DNA of 30,381 bases, the filler included, from an uncultured Methanosarcinales archaeon (GTDB lineage Archaea; Nanobdellota; Nanobdellia; Woesearchaeales; CAXGTL01): assembly GCA_964535955.1 (NCBI GenBank). It is 7 parts of 7 records of this genome, joined end to end, with 100 filler letters (N's around TTAATTAATTAA, not from the genome) between each part and the next. Parts side by side here need not be neighbours in the genome. Positions count along the whole stretch, not along the records: positions 7,379 to 12,951 come from CAZHVK010000025.1; positions 13,052 to 17,524 come from CAZHVK010000026.1; 5 more parts are not named here. The stretch is one strand, 5' to 3'. The translations under genes and the position numbers were made by a program. Within the stretch, counting starts at the first letter, position 1. Every line of letters starts with the position of its first letter. Below the pieces are notes generated by a model. It was not told the DNA's origin. It searched no databases and worked only from the letters and a program-made list of their open reading frames with translations. This document shows positions 7,477 to 15,768 of this stretch, piece by piece.

Positions 7477-7665
7477 CTATTTGGTGATTAATTCTTTCTT
7501 TTTTCTTAATCCATTTATGTATTTTTCAAATTCTACGCATTTATTTATGTCTATCCTTGTTTTTTTCCTATTCTTAAGATCAAAAGAAAAAACCTCTAAA
7601 TCATTGTGTTTATATTTAACCTCAAAATCATCTTTCATTCTTCTAAACAATGTTTTTAGTTTCAT
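7477..7665 (-). CDS. Small hypothetical protein (62 aa)
   Basis: Lys/Glu-rich composition typical of this genome; AGGGGG upstream of the ATG; divergent from mutL. Confidence 0.55.
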   Translation of the reverse strand: MKLKTLFRRMKDDFEVKYKHNDLEVFSFDLKNRKKTRIDINKCVEFEKYINGLRKKKELITK

Positions 7666-7815
7666 CTATGCCCCCTAAAATATATTAACTATATACTCTG
7701 ATTTTATCATATAAAAGTATTTATATACTGGAGTATATAGGTCCGGAAGAATCACATACTTATTATAGGGTTAAATATAATAATATATAAAAACACTTGC
7801 ATCTAACCTAAAAAT

Positions 7816-9561
7816 ATGGCAAAAATAAAGGTGTTGTCTCAAGATCTTATTAATAAGATTGCTGCAGGTGAAGTGATAGAAAAACCTAGTTCTGTAGTAA
7901 AAGAATTAATTGAAAATGCACTAGACGCATATGCTGACCAAGTATTGGTTGAGATAATCGAAGGTGGTAAGTCTTACATAAAAGTGCAAGATAATGGTTT
8001 TGGCATGAATGAAAAAGATGCAATGCTTAGTTTTCATAGACATGCTACTTCTAAAATTTCTGTTACACAAGATTTGTTTGACATAAATACACTGGGTTTC
8101 AGAGGTGAAGCATTGGCTTCAATTGCTGCTGTAAGTAACGTTAAGATCACGACCAGAGTTAAAGAAAAAATTGAAGGTGTTTTTATTGAAGTGGAAAATG
8201 GAACAATAAAATATAAAGCAAGTGTTGGTTGTCCTGTTGGTACTGTAATCGAGGTTTCTAATTTATTTTATAATACTCCTGCTAGGAAAAAATATTTAGA
8301 ATCTATACAAAATGAAACAAGACACATAACAGATATTGTGATTAGATATTCTTTGATTAATCCCAAGGTTGGGTTTAAATTAATAAGCAATGGAAATATT
8401 ATTATTAATACTCCTTTTACACCTGATGTATTGGCAAATGTAGCAAGTATATATGGGGCTGATGTTGCAAAAACACTTTTACCAATTAATTATTCATCTG
8501 ATTCAATAGAAATAAAAGGGTTTATATCTAAACCTAGTTATACAAGGGCTGATAAAACACAGCAAAGTGTTTTTGTTAATAAGAGGTATGTGAAGAATAA
8601 AATTATTAGTTCTGCTATACATGATTCTTACAAAGAATTATTAATGTTGCACAGGCATCCGTTTGTTATTCTAGATATTACTATTCCTGCAAGATCAATA
8701 GATGTGAATGTGCATCCTACGAAAAAAGAGATCAGATTATCTAAAGAAGGTTTAGTCTACCAAATTGTGTTTGATGCTGTAAAAAAGACTTTGCAAGAAA
8801 ATAATTTAGTAACTGAAAGAGAGATAACTGACAAAGAATTACAGAAATCATTCCACCAAACAATAAAGCCAATAACAGAACAACAAGAAGCACTAAAAGC
8901 AAACAAAGTAGTTGAACCAATGTCACAACAAACATTGGCAAAACCAGATACACAAGTCTCAACAAGTGAACAAACACAACAACTTCCTCAAGTAAACATA
9001 CTTGGTCTTGCACATAATTGCTACATATTAGCTGAAACTCCTGATGGTGTTGCGATCATTGACATGCATGCTGCAGAAGAAAGGATTAATCTAGAAAATC
9101 TGCAACAACAGTATGAAGATAAAGGCATAAAAACACAACAATTGCTTTCTCCTGAAACCATTACTTTAAGTCCAACAGATTCTCAATTATTACAATCAAA
9201 CTTAACACAATTAACTAATTATGGCTTCATTGTAGAGCACTTTGGTCAAAATACATTCTTAATAAGGTCAACACCTGTGATAATGAATAAACAACAGAAA
9301 AAAGAATTGCTTCTTGACATATTAGATGAATTAAATGCAAACAAAGCAAAGCTCATAGACCAGATAAAAGACAAAGTCATAAGAAGAATGGCTTGCAGAA
9401 AGTCAATCAAGCAAGGAGACAGGATTGAGATGGCTGAGATGTATGCTTTAGTACGTAAGTTGTACAAATGCAAAGATCCTTATGCTTGTGCGCATGGTCG
9501 TCCCACTATTATTAACTTAACAAAGTATGATCTTGAGAAAAAGTTTAAGAGGGTTGTTTAA
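7816..9561 (+). CDS. mutL: DNA mismatch repair protein MutL (endonuclease type)
   Basis: IAAGEVIEKPSSVVKELIENALDA, DNGFGM, HATSKI, TLGFRGEALASI, DVNVHPTK; C-terminal DMHAAEERINLE, ACR, CAHGRP. Confidence 0.98.
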   Translation: MAKIKVLSQDLINKIAAGEVIEKPSSVVKELIENALDAYADQVLVEIIEGGKSYIKVQDNGFGMNEKDAMLSFHRHATSKISVTQDLFDINTLGFRGEALASIAAVSNVKITTRVKEKIEGVFIEVENGTIKYKASVGCPVGTVIEVSNLFYNTPARKKYLESIQNETRHITDIVIRYSLINPKVGFKLISNGNIIINTPFTPDVLANVASIYGADVAKTLLPINYSSDSIEIKGFISKPSYTRADKTQQSVFVNKRYVKNKIISSAIHDSYKELLMLHRHPFVILDITIPARSIDVNVHPTKKEIRLSKEGLVYQIVFDAVKKTLQENNLVTEREITDKELQKSFHQTIKPITEQQEALKANKVVEPMSQQTLAKPDTQVSTSEQTQQLPQVNILGLAHNCYILAETPDGVAIIDMHAAEERINLENLQQQYEDKGIKTQQLLSPETITLSPTDSQLLQSNLTQLTNYGFIVEHFGQNTFLIRSTPVIMNKQQKKELLLDILDELNANKAKLIDQIKDKVIRRMACRKSIKQGDRIEMAEMYALVRKLYKCKDPYACAHGRPTIINLTKYDLEKKFKRVV

Positions 9562-9749
9562 TCAAGATCTGAATTAGGGAGTTTTCCTTTAAATCTTTTT
9601 TGTTCCTGATAATAATGTTTTCTGCAAAGATAACTCCATCCTCTATTCTTATGTTTTCCACCTAGTAAACTTGGAAAAACTTCTCTATAAGCTTTATTTT
9701 TACAAGTACCATTATAATCACAATGTGGTATTTTGTTCTTTTTTTTCAT
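9558..9749 (-). CDS. Small Cys/His-containing hypothetical protein, possible Zn-binding
   Basis: CDYNGTC...LCRKH; abuts the upstream gene (9750) and overlaps the mutL stop. Confidence 0.6.
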   Translation of the reverse strand: MKKKNKIPHCDYNGTCKNKAYREVFPSLLGGKHKNRGWSYLCRKHYYQEQKRFKGKLPNSDLD

Positions 9750-10079
9750 TTAAACCTCTATATCCTTTGCATGAACAGGTTTAATCAAGATCCCTTCTGA
9801 TTTTTCTTCAAAAACACCAAAATCTCCTGGTTTAATCCCATAATCTTTCAAAACTTTTGATGGGAATCTCATTATTGTTGAATCACCTAAAACACCGAAT
9901 TTTCTTACCATCTTCCTTCTACCTGTTAAAACATCAAATTTTAATAATTCACTTGATGTAAAATATTCTTCTCCACATTTTGTACATTTCATGCAATTCA
10001 AATTAATTCCTTCTTTTTTGCATTTACTAACTTTAACTTTTGCTCTGCATTTGTAACACTTTTTCATGAATCTTTTCAT
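9750..10079 (-). CDS. Zn-ribbon (YgiT/MqsA-like) + AbrB-like DNA-binding protein; putative antitoxin
   Basis: CYKC...CTKCGEEYF followed by RKFGVLGDSTIMRFPSKVLKDYGIKPGD...GILIKP. Confidence 0.78.
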   Translation of the reverse strand: MKRFMKKCYKCRAKVKVSKCKKEGINLNCMKCTKCGEEYFTSSELLKFDVLTGRRKMVRKFGVLGDSTIMRFPSKVLKDYGIKPGDFGVFEEKSEGILIKPVHAKDIEV

Positions 10080-10357
10080 TTTCTTTGCCTCTTTAATTTT
10101 TTTGTTGTAGGTTTTACATGAATCAGGATAATATTCTCATGTTCAACATAGGATAAACATAAAAATTTTCCTCTAAAATGGTAAAACACATTATATTTAT
10201 TCTGTTTCTTTGATATTAATATGTGTTCTCCACTTTCTAATATGTCTAATACAAATTCCAAAGGTTTTTTCAAACTATCAAACTCTCTTTTAAAGTGCCA
10301 TGTAAACACTAATAATTTCCCTTTCCAATACAAATCTTCGAATAATATTTTTATCAA
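10076..10357 (-). CDS. Putative RelE-fold/BrnT/DUF4258-like toxin
   Basis: 93 aa, basic, FTWHF motif, C-terminal IILIHVK strand; ATGA overlap with the antitoxin-like gene. Start codon uncertain. Confidence 0.55.
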   Translation of the reverse strand: MIKILFEDLYWKGKLLVFTWHFKREFDSLKKPLEFVLDILESGEHILISKKQNKYNVFYHFRGKFLCLSYVEHENIILIHVKPTTKKLKRQRK

Positions 10358-10374
10358 CCTTTGGATATCTCATG

Positions 10375-10417
10375 ATATCTATTAATAGTAATAGATATTT
10401 ATAAACTTTTCGGTTTT
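10375..10417 (-). promoter_or_regulatory. BRE-TATA promoter with adjacent 10-bp inverted-repeat operator
   Basis: Minus strand reads AAAACCGAAAAG-TTTATAAAT; perfect IR ATATCTATTA(10375-10384)/TAATAGATAT(10389-10398) immediately downstream of the TATA box. Confidence 0.7.
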
Positions 10418-11512
10418 TTACCTAAACTCCCTCAACATCTTCTGCCTATGTCCATTGACAATAATGAAAGGTTTGGCCCTCCGAACACTACCACCAAGTG
10501 CATGTAAGTCGCGCAGCTTCTTTATCTTATAACCATTTACAATCTTCTGAGCTATCTTTGGTCCAATACCAGGGACACGAATAAGTTCAGAATATGAAGC
10601 TTCATTTGGATCAATACCATCGCCACCAAATGTTTGCTGAGCCATCACCAACTTTGGATCACCTCTTGGTAGCATATCATCAACAAATACATTGTCAATT
10701 TCTTTTAATTTATACCCATACTTTCTCATTAAAAAATCAACATTGTATAAACGATTCTGCCGTAACAAAGGAACAGCCTCATCATTACCCATAGGTGTGC
10801 CTTTGACAGGCCTGAATGCTGCATAAAACATTCTTCTTAATTCCAGATGAGTATATTCCCAATTAGTCATCTTAAGAATGTCTTTGTCTGTTGAATTGTT
10901 TGTGACAATCATTTGGCTAGTCTGGCCACCCATTAATTTCATCTTAGATATCCAAGCTTGTCTACGAAGTATATCAATCTTATAATCCTTGCATGAAGAC
11001 AATTCACTCATAACAGATTTGTTAGGTGCTTCAAGATTAATACTCATTCTAGTTGAAAGTTCAGAAGCCTGCTTCACCAATTCATAACTAGTGCCTGGCA
11101 AAACCTTAAAATGAATATAACCCCTAAACTTATACTTAAAACGCAATAACCTAACACTCTCAATCATTTCTTCAGTAATCTTATCAACATTTCCACTTAC
11201 ACCAGAGCTCAAGAAAAGCCCCTCCACCGAGAGTGTATGACATAAATTCATAAAAACCTTTGCAAGTTCATCTGGTTTATACTTAGCTATTTTACTTTTG
11301 TTTTTACAAGAAGTAGAATTATGGCAATATTTACAATCAAATTTACATTCATTTGACATCAATGTCTTAAACAATCTACACGTCTTATGCTCAGCCTTTG
11401 CATGATATATTCCACCCAAACCAGAATCCACTTTAACTTCGCATGCCTTAGGACCACAACTATCATATTTGCCTGCTTCTGAAAGTATTTTAGCTTTTTT
11501 AAATATTTCCAT
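10418..11512 (-). CDS. Putative DNA modification/repair radical SAM protein with helix-hairpin-helix (TIGR03916-like)
   Basis: KYDSC, CRLFKTLMSNECKFDCKYC (CX3CX2C), EGLFLSSG, GYIHFK, RMSINLE, DPKL, LIRVPGIGPKIA HhH. Confidence 0.9.
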   Translation of the reverse strand: MEIFKKAKILSEAGKYDSCGPKACEVKVDSGLGGIYHAKAEHKTCRLFKTLMSNECKFDCKYCHNSTSCKNKSKIAKYKPDELAKVFMNLCHTLSVEGLFLSSGVSGNVDKITEEMIESVRLLRFKYKFRGYIHFKVLPGTSYELVKQASELSTRMSINLEAPNKSVMSELSSCKDYKIDILRRQAWISKMKLMGGQTSQMIVTNNSTDKDILKMTNWEYTHLELRRMFYAAFRPVKGTPMGNDEAVPLLRQNRLYNVDFLMRKYGYKLKEIDNVFVDDMLPRGDPKLVMAQQTFGGDGIDPNEASYSELIRVPGIGPKIAQKIVNGYKIKKLRDLHALGGSVRRAKPFIIVNGHRQKMLREFR

Positions 11513-11548
11513 TTTAGTTCCACCAATTAAAACAAAACAATCACCAAT

Positions 11549-12376
11549 TCATAAATTATCATAAGGACTTGTAACATTACTAACTTTATAACTAGACATA
11601 CGAGTATAAACTTGTGTTGTCTTAATATCAGAATGACCTAAAAGAAACTGAACATCTCTTAAAAGATTGCCATTTTCAATCAAATGTGTTGCAAATGAGT
11701 GTCTAAAAGTGTGTGGGTGAACATTTTTTTTGATTTTTGCTTTTTTAGAAGCAGCTTTAACAACTCTATAAACTGTTTCAATGCTAAGATGTCCATTTCT
11801 ACCCTTAAACACATAATCATTATAATCTAATTCTTTAGATAAGACAAAATCACGTAATTCTTCTTTCAACTTTTTAGCAATAATAAACATTCTATCTTTT
11901 TTACCTTTACCAAATCTGACCCATCCAAAACCTTGATCAATTTCTAGATCACAAACCTTTAATCTAACAAGTTCACCAACTCTTAAACCAGAAGAATACA
12001 ATAATTTTACAATTAGTTTGTGTTTAACATTGTCAATACAATTAATTATCAACCGAACTTCTTGTTTTGTTAATACAGTTGGCAGTGTTTTAGGAATTTT
12101 TGAGAATTTATAATTCAATTTCCATGTATTATATAAAATCTGACTAACAAAAAACTTAACAGAAGACAAAGCAACATTAAGTGTAGAACCACATTTATCT
12201 TTTGTGCAAAGGTGTTCAATATATTTCTTAACATCTCTTTTAGTAATCTTTCTAACACAATCTCTTTTACCACAAAAATCCAGAAATTTATCTACAAATA
12301 AACAATAAGTTTCAGCAGTTCTATTGCTCATGCCTCTTCTTTTGCATTCTTTTTTTATTAGTTCGAGTGGTTGCAT
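11549..12376 (-). CDS. Tyrosine recombinase (Xer/integrase family, N-terminal SAM-like domain)
   Basis: LLYSSGLRVGE, GKGKKDR, HPHTFRHSFATHL, LLGHSDIKTTQVY: complete R-K-H-R-H-Y catalytic set. Confidence 0.95.
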   Translation of the reverse strand: MQPLELIKKECKRRGMSNRTAETYCLFVDKFLDFCGKRDCVRKITKRDVKKYIEHLCTKDKCGSTLNVALSSVKFFVSQILYNTWKLNYKFSKIPKTLPTVLTKQEVRLIINCIDNVKHKLIVKLLYSSGLRVGELVRLKVCDLEIDQGFGWVRFGKGKKDRMFIIAKKLKEELRDFVLSKELDYNDYVFKGRNGHLSIETVYRVVKAASKKAKIKKNVHPHTFRHSFATHLIENGNLLRDVQFLLGHSDIKTTQVYTRMSSYKVSNVTSPYDNL

Positions 12377-12417
12377 ACATATATAGATAGTAATAATCCT
12401 TTATAAGTTTCACACGC

Positions 12418-12516
12418 ACATGTCCAGTGACCAGTGAAAACAAGTAAACAGACCACAACCCCAGAATTTAGCCATATAAGGTCAGTGGACATGTTTTTTC
12501 AAATGTCCAGTGTCCA
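12418..12516. repeat. Three related 14-15-bp repeats upstream of the recombinase (two direct, one inverted)
   Basis: ACATGTCCAGTGACC(12418-12432), inverted GGTCAGTGGACATGT(12480-12494; 1 mismatch), ATGTCCAGTGTCCA(12503-12516; 13/14 identical to 12420-12433). Confidence 0.8.
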
Positions 12517-12691
12517 AGAAATGTCATATAATAAAAATCTCTCAATAATCTTCATATTTTACCTTATTCTTATCACCTCTTTATGATTCCTTATTTTATC
12601 AGTTTTTCTTGTTAATTATTTCCGCAGAAGTACAAACAAATAATCATAAAACCTTCAGTAGGTAGTTTAAAATCATTTGAGGTGATATAAA

Positions 12692-12937
12692 ATGAATAAA
12701 GAAAAAATAATGGAAATATTGGGAACAGATTTCCTATTAATATTAAGACTTCATAATACTATGAAGTTTGTTGTGAATACTAAAAAAAGTCTGTATTTTA
12801 AGCACATGATTATGGACAGAGAGTTCAATGATCTGATTCAGTTATTTCGTGAAAGAAATAAAGATATTGAGAAATTATTATCAGAACACCACCCCAGTAA
12901 AGCCAAAAAACCCAAAACTCAACATAACTACAAATGA
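12692..12937 (+). CDS. Hypothetical protein (81 aa)
   Basis: Strong RBS GAGGTGA at 12680-12686; no recognisable motif. Confidence 0.6.
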   Translation: MNKEKIMEILGTDFLLILRLHNTMKFVVNTKKSLYFKHMIMDREFNDLIQLFRERNKDIEKLLSEHHPSKAKKPKTQHNYK

Positions 12938-12951
12938 AATTCAGAATTATT

Positions 12952-13051
12952 NNNNNNNNNNNNNNNNNNNNNNNNNNNNNNNNNNNNNNNNNNNNTTAAT
13001 TAATTAANNNNNNNNNNNNNNNNNNNNNNNNNNNNNNNNNNNNNNNNNNNN
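12952..13051. other. Artificial contig linker
   Basis: N44-TTAATTAATTAA-N44. Confidence 0.98.
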
Positions 13052-13173
13052 TTATCAGAATCATTTTCTTGAGACTTAAAATTATAATAATAATGTTCTG
13101 GTTCATAACCAAACTTATTAATACATTGTTCTATCAATTCTTTTTTTTCTTCTGTGTTTTTAATAAATTCCAA
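13052..13173 (-). CDS. N-terminal fragment of a paralogue of the DUF2156-like protein at 15758-16666 (not in ORF track; truncated by contig end)
   Basis: TTG start after AAGGGGTG; translates MEFIKNTEEKKELIEQCINKFGYEPEHYYYNFKSQENDSD, aligning with KELVENLISTHGYAPEHNYWY. Confidence 0.8.
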
Positions 13174-13354
13174 AAAAACACCCCTTAATTAAAGAATAAT
13201 GTAAAAGATTATATAAATTTTTCCAAAATTTATGCTTAAAAATTATTAAAATTATTTTTAATAATTTTTATTGTAAAAAGTTTTTGTTTTTTTGTTTATT
13301 TTTTATTATTTTTTTTGTTTTTTATTACTTTATTAGAAAACATTTAGTTTTTAC

Positions 13355-14020
13355 TTATAAACTATTTTTAAAAAACTCAACAGTTTTTTCAATGACTATT
13401 TTTTTATGTTCAGGAGTTTTATAAGAATGATCAGCACCTTCAACAACAAATAACTCAGCATTATCTAATATTTTTACTTTTTCTTCAGATTCTTTTAGAT
13501 CAACAACATTATCATTTGTTCCGCCGATTATAAGAATTGGAATTTTTAATTCAGAAAGAAAATCCTTGCTAAGTTTTATATCTAAACCTTGTTTAAATTC
13601 TTTAAAAAAAGTGTTTGTCACAGAATCAAAATTGCCTTTTTCAGAAACACCTATTGCAGGTGCCCATAAAACCATTGATTTTATACTCAAATTTCTATAA
13701 CCCAGAGCCATGCCACCACCAAAACTCTTACCAACAATTCCAATCTTATCATAATCTTTTTGTTTTAAAAATTCAATAACATCATCTATTTCTTTATGCA
13801 TGATATTGATATTCATATCTTCTAGTTCATCTGCATTTTTCCATGATTCATATCTTAAAAAAGCAAATCCATTTTCAACAAAAACTTTAGCAAGATCATC
13901 ATACCTATCTGTCAAAGATTTCCCACTAACACCAGGAATTAAAAATATTGCTTTATTAGACCTGTTTTCAGGTTCATGTAATATTGCTTCTACATCTTTG
14001 TTATTTATTTTTATATTCAT
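13355..14020 (-). CDS. Alpha/beta-fold hydrolase
   Basis: Nucleophile elbow GKSFGG, Asp in GTNDNVV, His in GADHSY. Confidence 0.9.
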   Translation of the reverse strand: MNIKINNKDVEAILHEPENRSNKAIFLIPGVSGKSLTDRYDDLAKVFVENGFAFLRYESWKNADELEDMNINIMHKEIDDVIEFLKQKDYDKIGIVGKSFGGGMALGYRNLSIKSMVLWAPAIGVSEKGNFDSVTNTFFKEFKQGLDIKLSKDFLSELKIPILIIGGTNDNVVDLKESEEKVKILDNAELFVVEGADHSYKTPEHKKIVIEKTVEFFKNSL

Positions 14021-14056
14021 TGTATCATAGGAGAATTTAGTGTTTTAAAAAGGTTT

Positions 14057-14611
14057 CTACTTGTTTTTCGAAATTATCTCCCAAACTTCTTCAACATTCT
14101 TTCCATCTAGAAAGTATTTTTCATATTTTTTATATTCTTCAACTTCTTTCAAATGCTGAGCAACCACTTTCTTGACTTCATCAACAGTCATGCCAATGTT
14201 TTTGCAAGTAATATCCATATCTTTATTCATGAATCCACAATATTCATCTTCTTCAAAATAACATAATGAACCATCAAACTTGTAACCGATTGGAAATATT
14301 TTACAAACCAAAGGTTTTGCACCGTGTATTGTGCATTGCATATCCTTTAGAAAGATACATTCATCATTAGGCTTTGATCTAAGCTGAAGAATTTTATTGG
14401 TGGAACTTATTTTGAAATAAGAATGATCTTTATTCTTTACTAAATATCTTTGAAAGTTTGAATCCTTGCTAATATTACCAAAATAACAGAACTCTAACAT
14501 AGCTTTTCCAGTAAAATCAGATATTCGTTTAGCATCGTGTATAGTGATAAAAGTACCAATTGGTCCTATACAGCAATGTTCTTTGCATTTAATGCATGGG
14601 TTTTCAATCAT
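14057..14611 (-). CDS. YkgJ/CxxCxxCC family cysteine-cluster protein
   Basis: CIKCKEHCC...CIFL...CTIHGAKPLVCKIFP. Confidence 0.9.
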   Translation of the reverse strand: MIENPCIKCKEHCCIGPIGTFITIHDAKRISDFTGKAMLEFCYFGNISKDSNFQRYLVKNKDHSYFKISSTNKILQLRSKPNDECIFLKDMQCTIHGAKPLVCKIFPIGYKFDGSLCYFEEDEYCGFMNKDMDITCKNIGMTVDEVKKVVAQHLKEVEEYKKYEKYFLDGKNVEEVWEIISKNK

Positions 14612-14665
14612 TTTATGTTATTTGTTTTATGTTCATCTAATTGTATTTGCAACCTACCTTGCTAT

Positions 14666-14731
14666 GGGTGGGTGGTGGGGATATGGAAGGAGGGTAATTG
14701 AGGGGTGGGTGGTCGGGAGGTTGGTGGTGGG
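14666..14731 (+). other. G-rich intergenic tract with G-quadruplex potential
   Basis: GGGTGGGTGGT occurs twice (14666-14676, 14703-14713) plus further G3-G4 runs, in an otherwise very AT-rich sequence. Confidence 0.6.
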
Positions 14732-14738
14732 TTTCAAA

Positions 14739-15626
14739 TCATAATTCATACAACACCTCTTCTTCACAATTCCATAATTTCTTCCAACCACTATCGCCAG
14801 ACAAAAAGTCAATTACAGGAACTTTGAGCTTCATTGCATTCTTTATATGCTCCACTATTAAAAGCTTTCCTAGATTTTTTATCTCACGATTAGAACCAGC
14901 ATTAAAAACATAATAAACGCCATTATAATCAGCACCAATCTCAACACCTTCTACTTTATCATCAACAATAATACTAATCACATGCAACATATTTTCTTTA
15001 TCTAGATAATCTATAAATTTCTCCATACCAATCAAAAATTCTTTGTCTTCAAAGTCTGATTCAGAACCAAACCTTTTCTTATTAAATTCAACAAGTTTAT
15101 CAAAAAATTTTTTTTCACCAAACCTAACCTCATAATTAAGTTTAGCTAATTGTTTAAGATCATACCTGAAATTCTTTCTATGCTTTTTCTTAAAAGTTTT
15201 TAATAGATTTTCAAAATCAAAATCAAATTTTCTAAGATCAAAGAAATATCTTATATCACATTTTGCTAAATCATATTCCTCTAAATGTTTTGCTTCAGAC
15301 GAATCAATATACATCAAATGAATATATTCAGGTAATTGTTCGAAAAATTCATGAATTAAGTCTTTATTTTTTACAAAAAAAATTCTTTTTTCAGGAAATT
15401 CTCCGCCAAAGAAACCATGAACATCTTCTTTTTTATCTAACCACAAAGGCAAGAGACCTACTAACTTATCATCATCATAACCAACAATAAAATGTAAATC
15501 ATAAAGCTTAGGATTATAAAAACAATAATTTACTTCCCATATATCCCATAAAGTTTTATTGGTAGAAAGTAGTTTCCAGAGTTTTTCACACTCTTCAATT
15601 TCCTTTATTATCTTGAATTTGAGCAT
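14739..15626 (-). CDS. GNAT-fold acyltransferase (CelD/BcsL, Acetyltransf_6-like)
   Basis: LVGLLPL, KKHRKNFRYDLKQL, YYVFNAG...NLGKLL...IDFLSGDSGWKKLW. Confidence 0.8.
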   Translation of the reverse strand: MLKFKIIKEIEECEKLWKLLSTNKTLWDIWEVNYCFYNPKLYDLHFIVGYDDDKLVGLLPLWLDKKEDVHGFFGGEFPEKRIFFVKNKDLIHEFFEQLPEYIHLMYIDSSEAKHLEEYDLAKCDIRYFFDLRKFDFDFENLLKTFKKKHRKNFRYDLKQLAKLNYEVRFGEKKFFDKLVEFNKKRFGSESDFEDKEFLIGMEKFIDYLDKENMLHVISIIVDDKVEGVEIGADYNGVYYVFNAGSNREIKNLGKLLIVEHIKNAMKLKVPVIDFLSGDSGWKKLWNCEEEVLYEL

Positions 15627-15644
15627 TTGGTTTATATCCTTTTA

Positions 15645-15768
15645 AGGCTCTGTAAAATCATGTTGTTGCCTACTATTTTTGCCGTTGTGAAGGCTCATAT
15701 TAAAAGAAAGCCTGAACAGGCATTGGCAACTACGAGGCTGAAAGCCGAGTAAGGTTTTTACAGAGCCT
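15645..15768 (+). mobile_element. 124-bp structured element with 13-bp terminal inverted repeats (MITE-like or ncRNA) containing a k-turn
   Basis: AGGCTCTGTAAAA(15645-15657)/TTTTACAGAGCCT(15756-15768); nested stems GTTGCC/GGCAAC, TGCC/GGCA, AGGCT/AGCCT; second hairpin TAC-GA-GGC-TGAAA-GCC-GA-GTA. Confidence 0.6.

Noticed and set aside
11549..12376. Bona fide integron integrase IntI with cassette array
   Set aside because: Lacks the IntI-specific insertion between the GKG region and the HxxR box, and I could not identify attC sites on this contig.
13240..13350. Low-complexity T-rich tract as a repeat element
   Set aside because: Ordinary AT-rich intergenic sequence without a defined unit.
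15665..15730. Archaeal H/ACA guide RNA
   Set aside because: Has a k-turn hairpin, but the internal loop is very asymmetric and no ACA box follows the stem on that strand.
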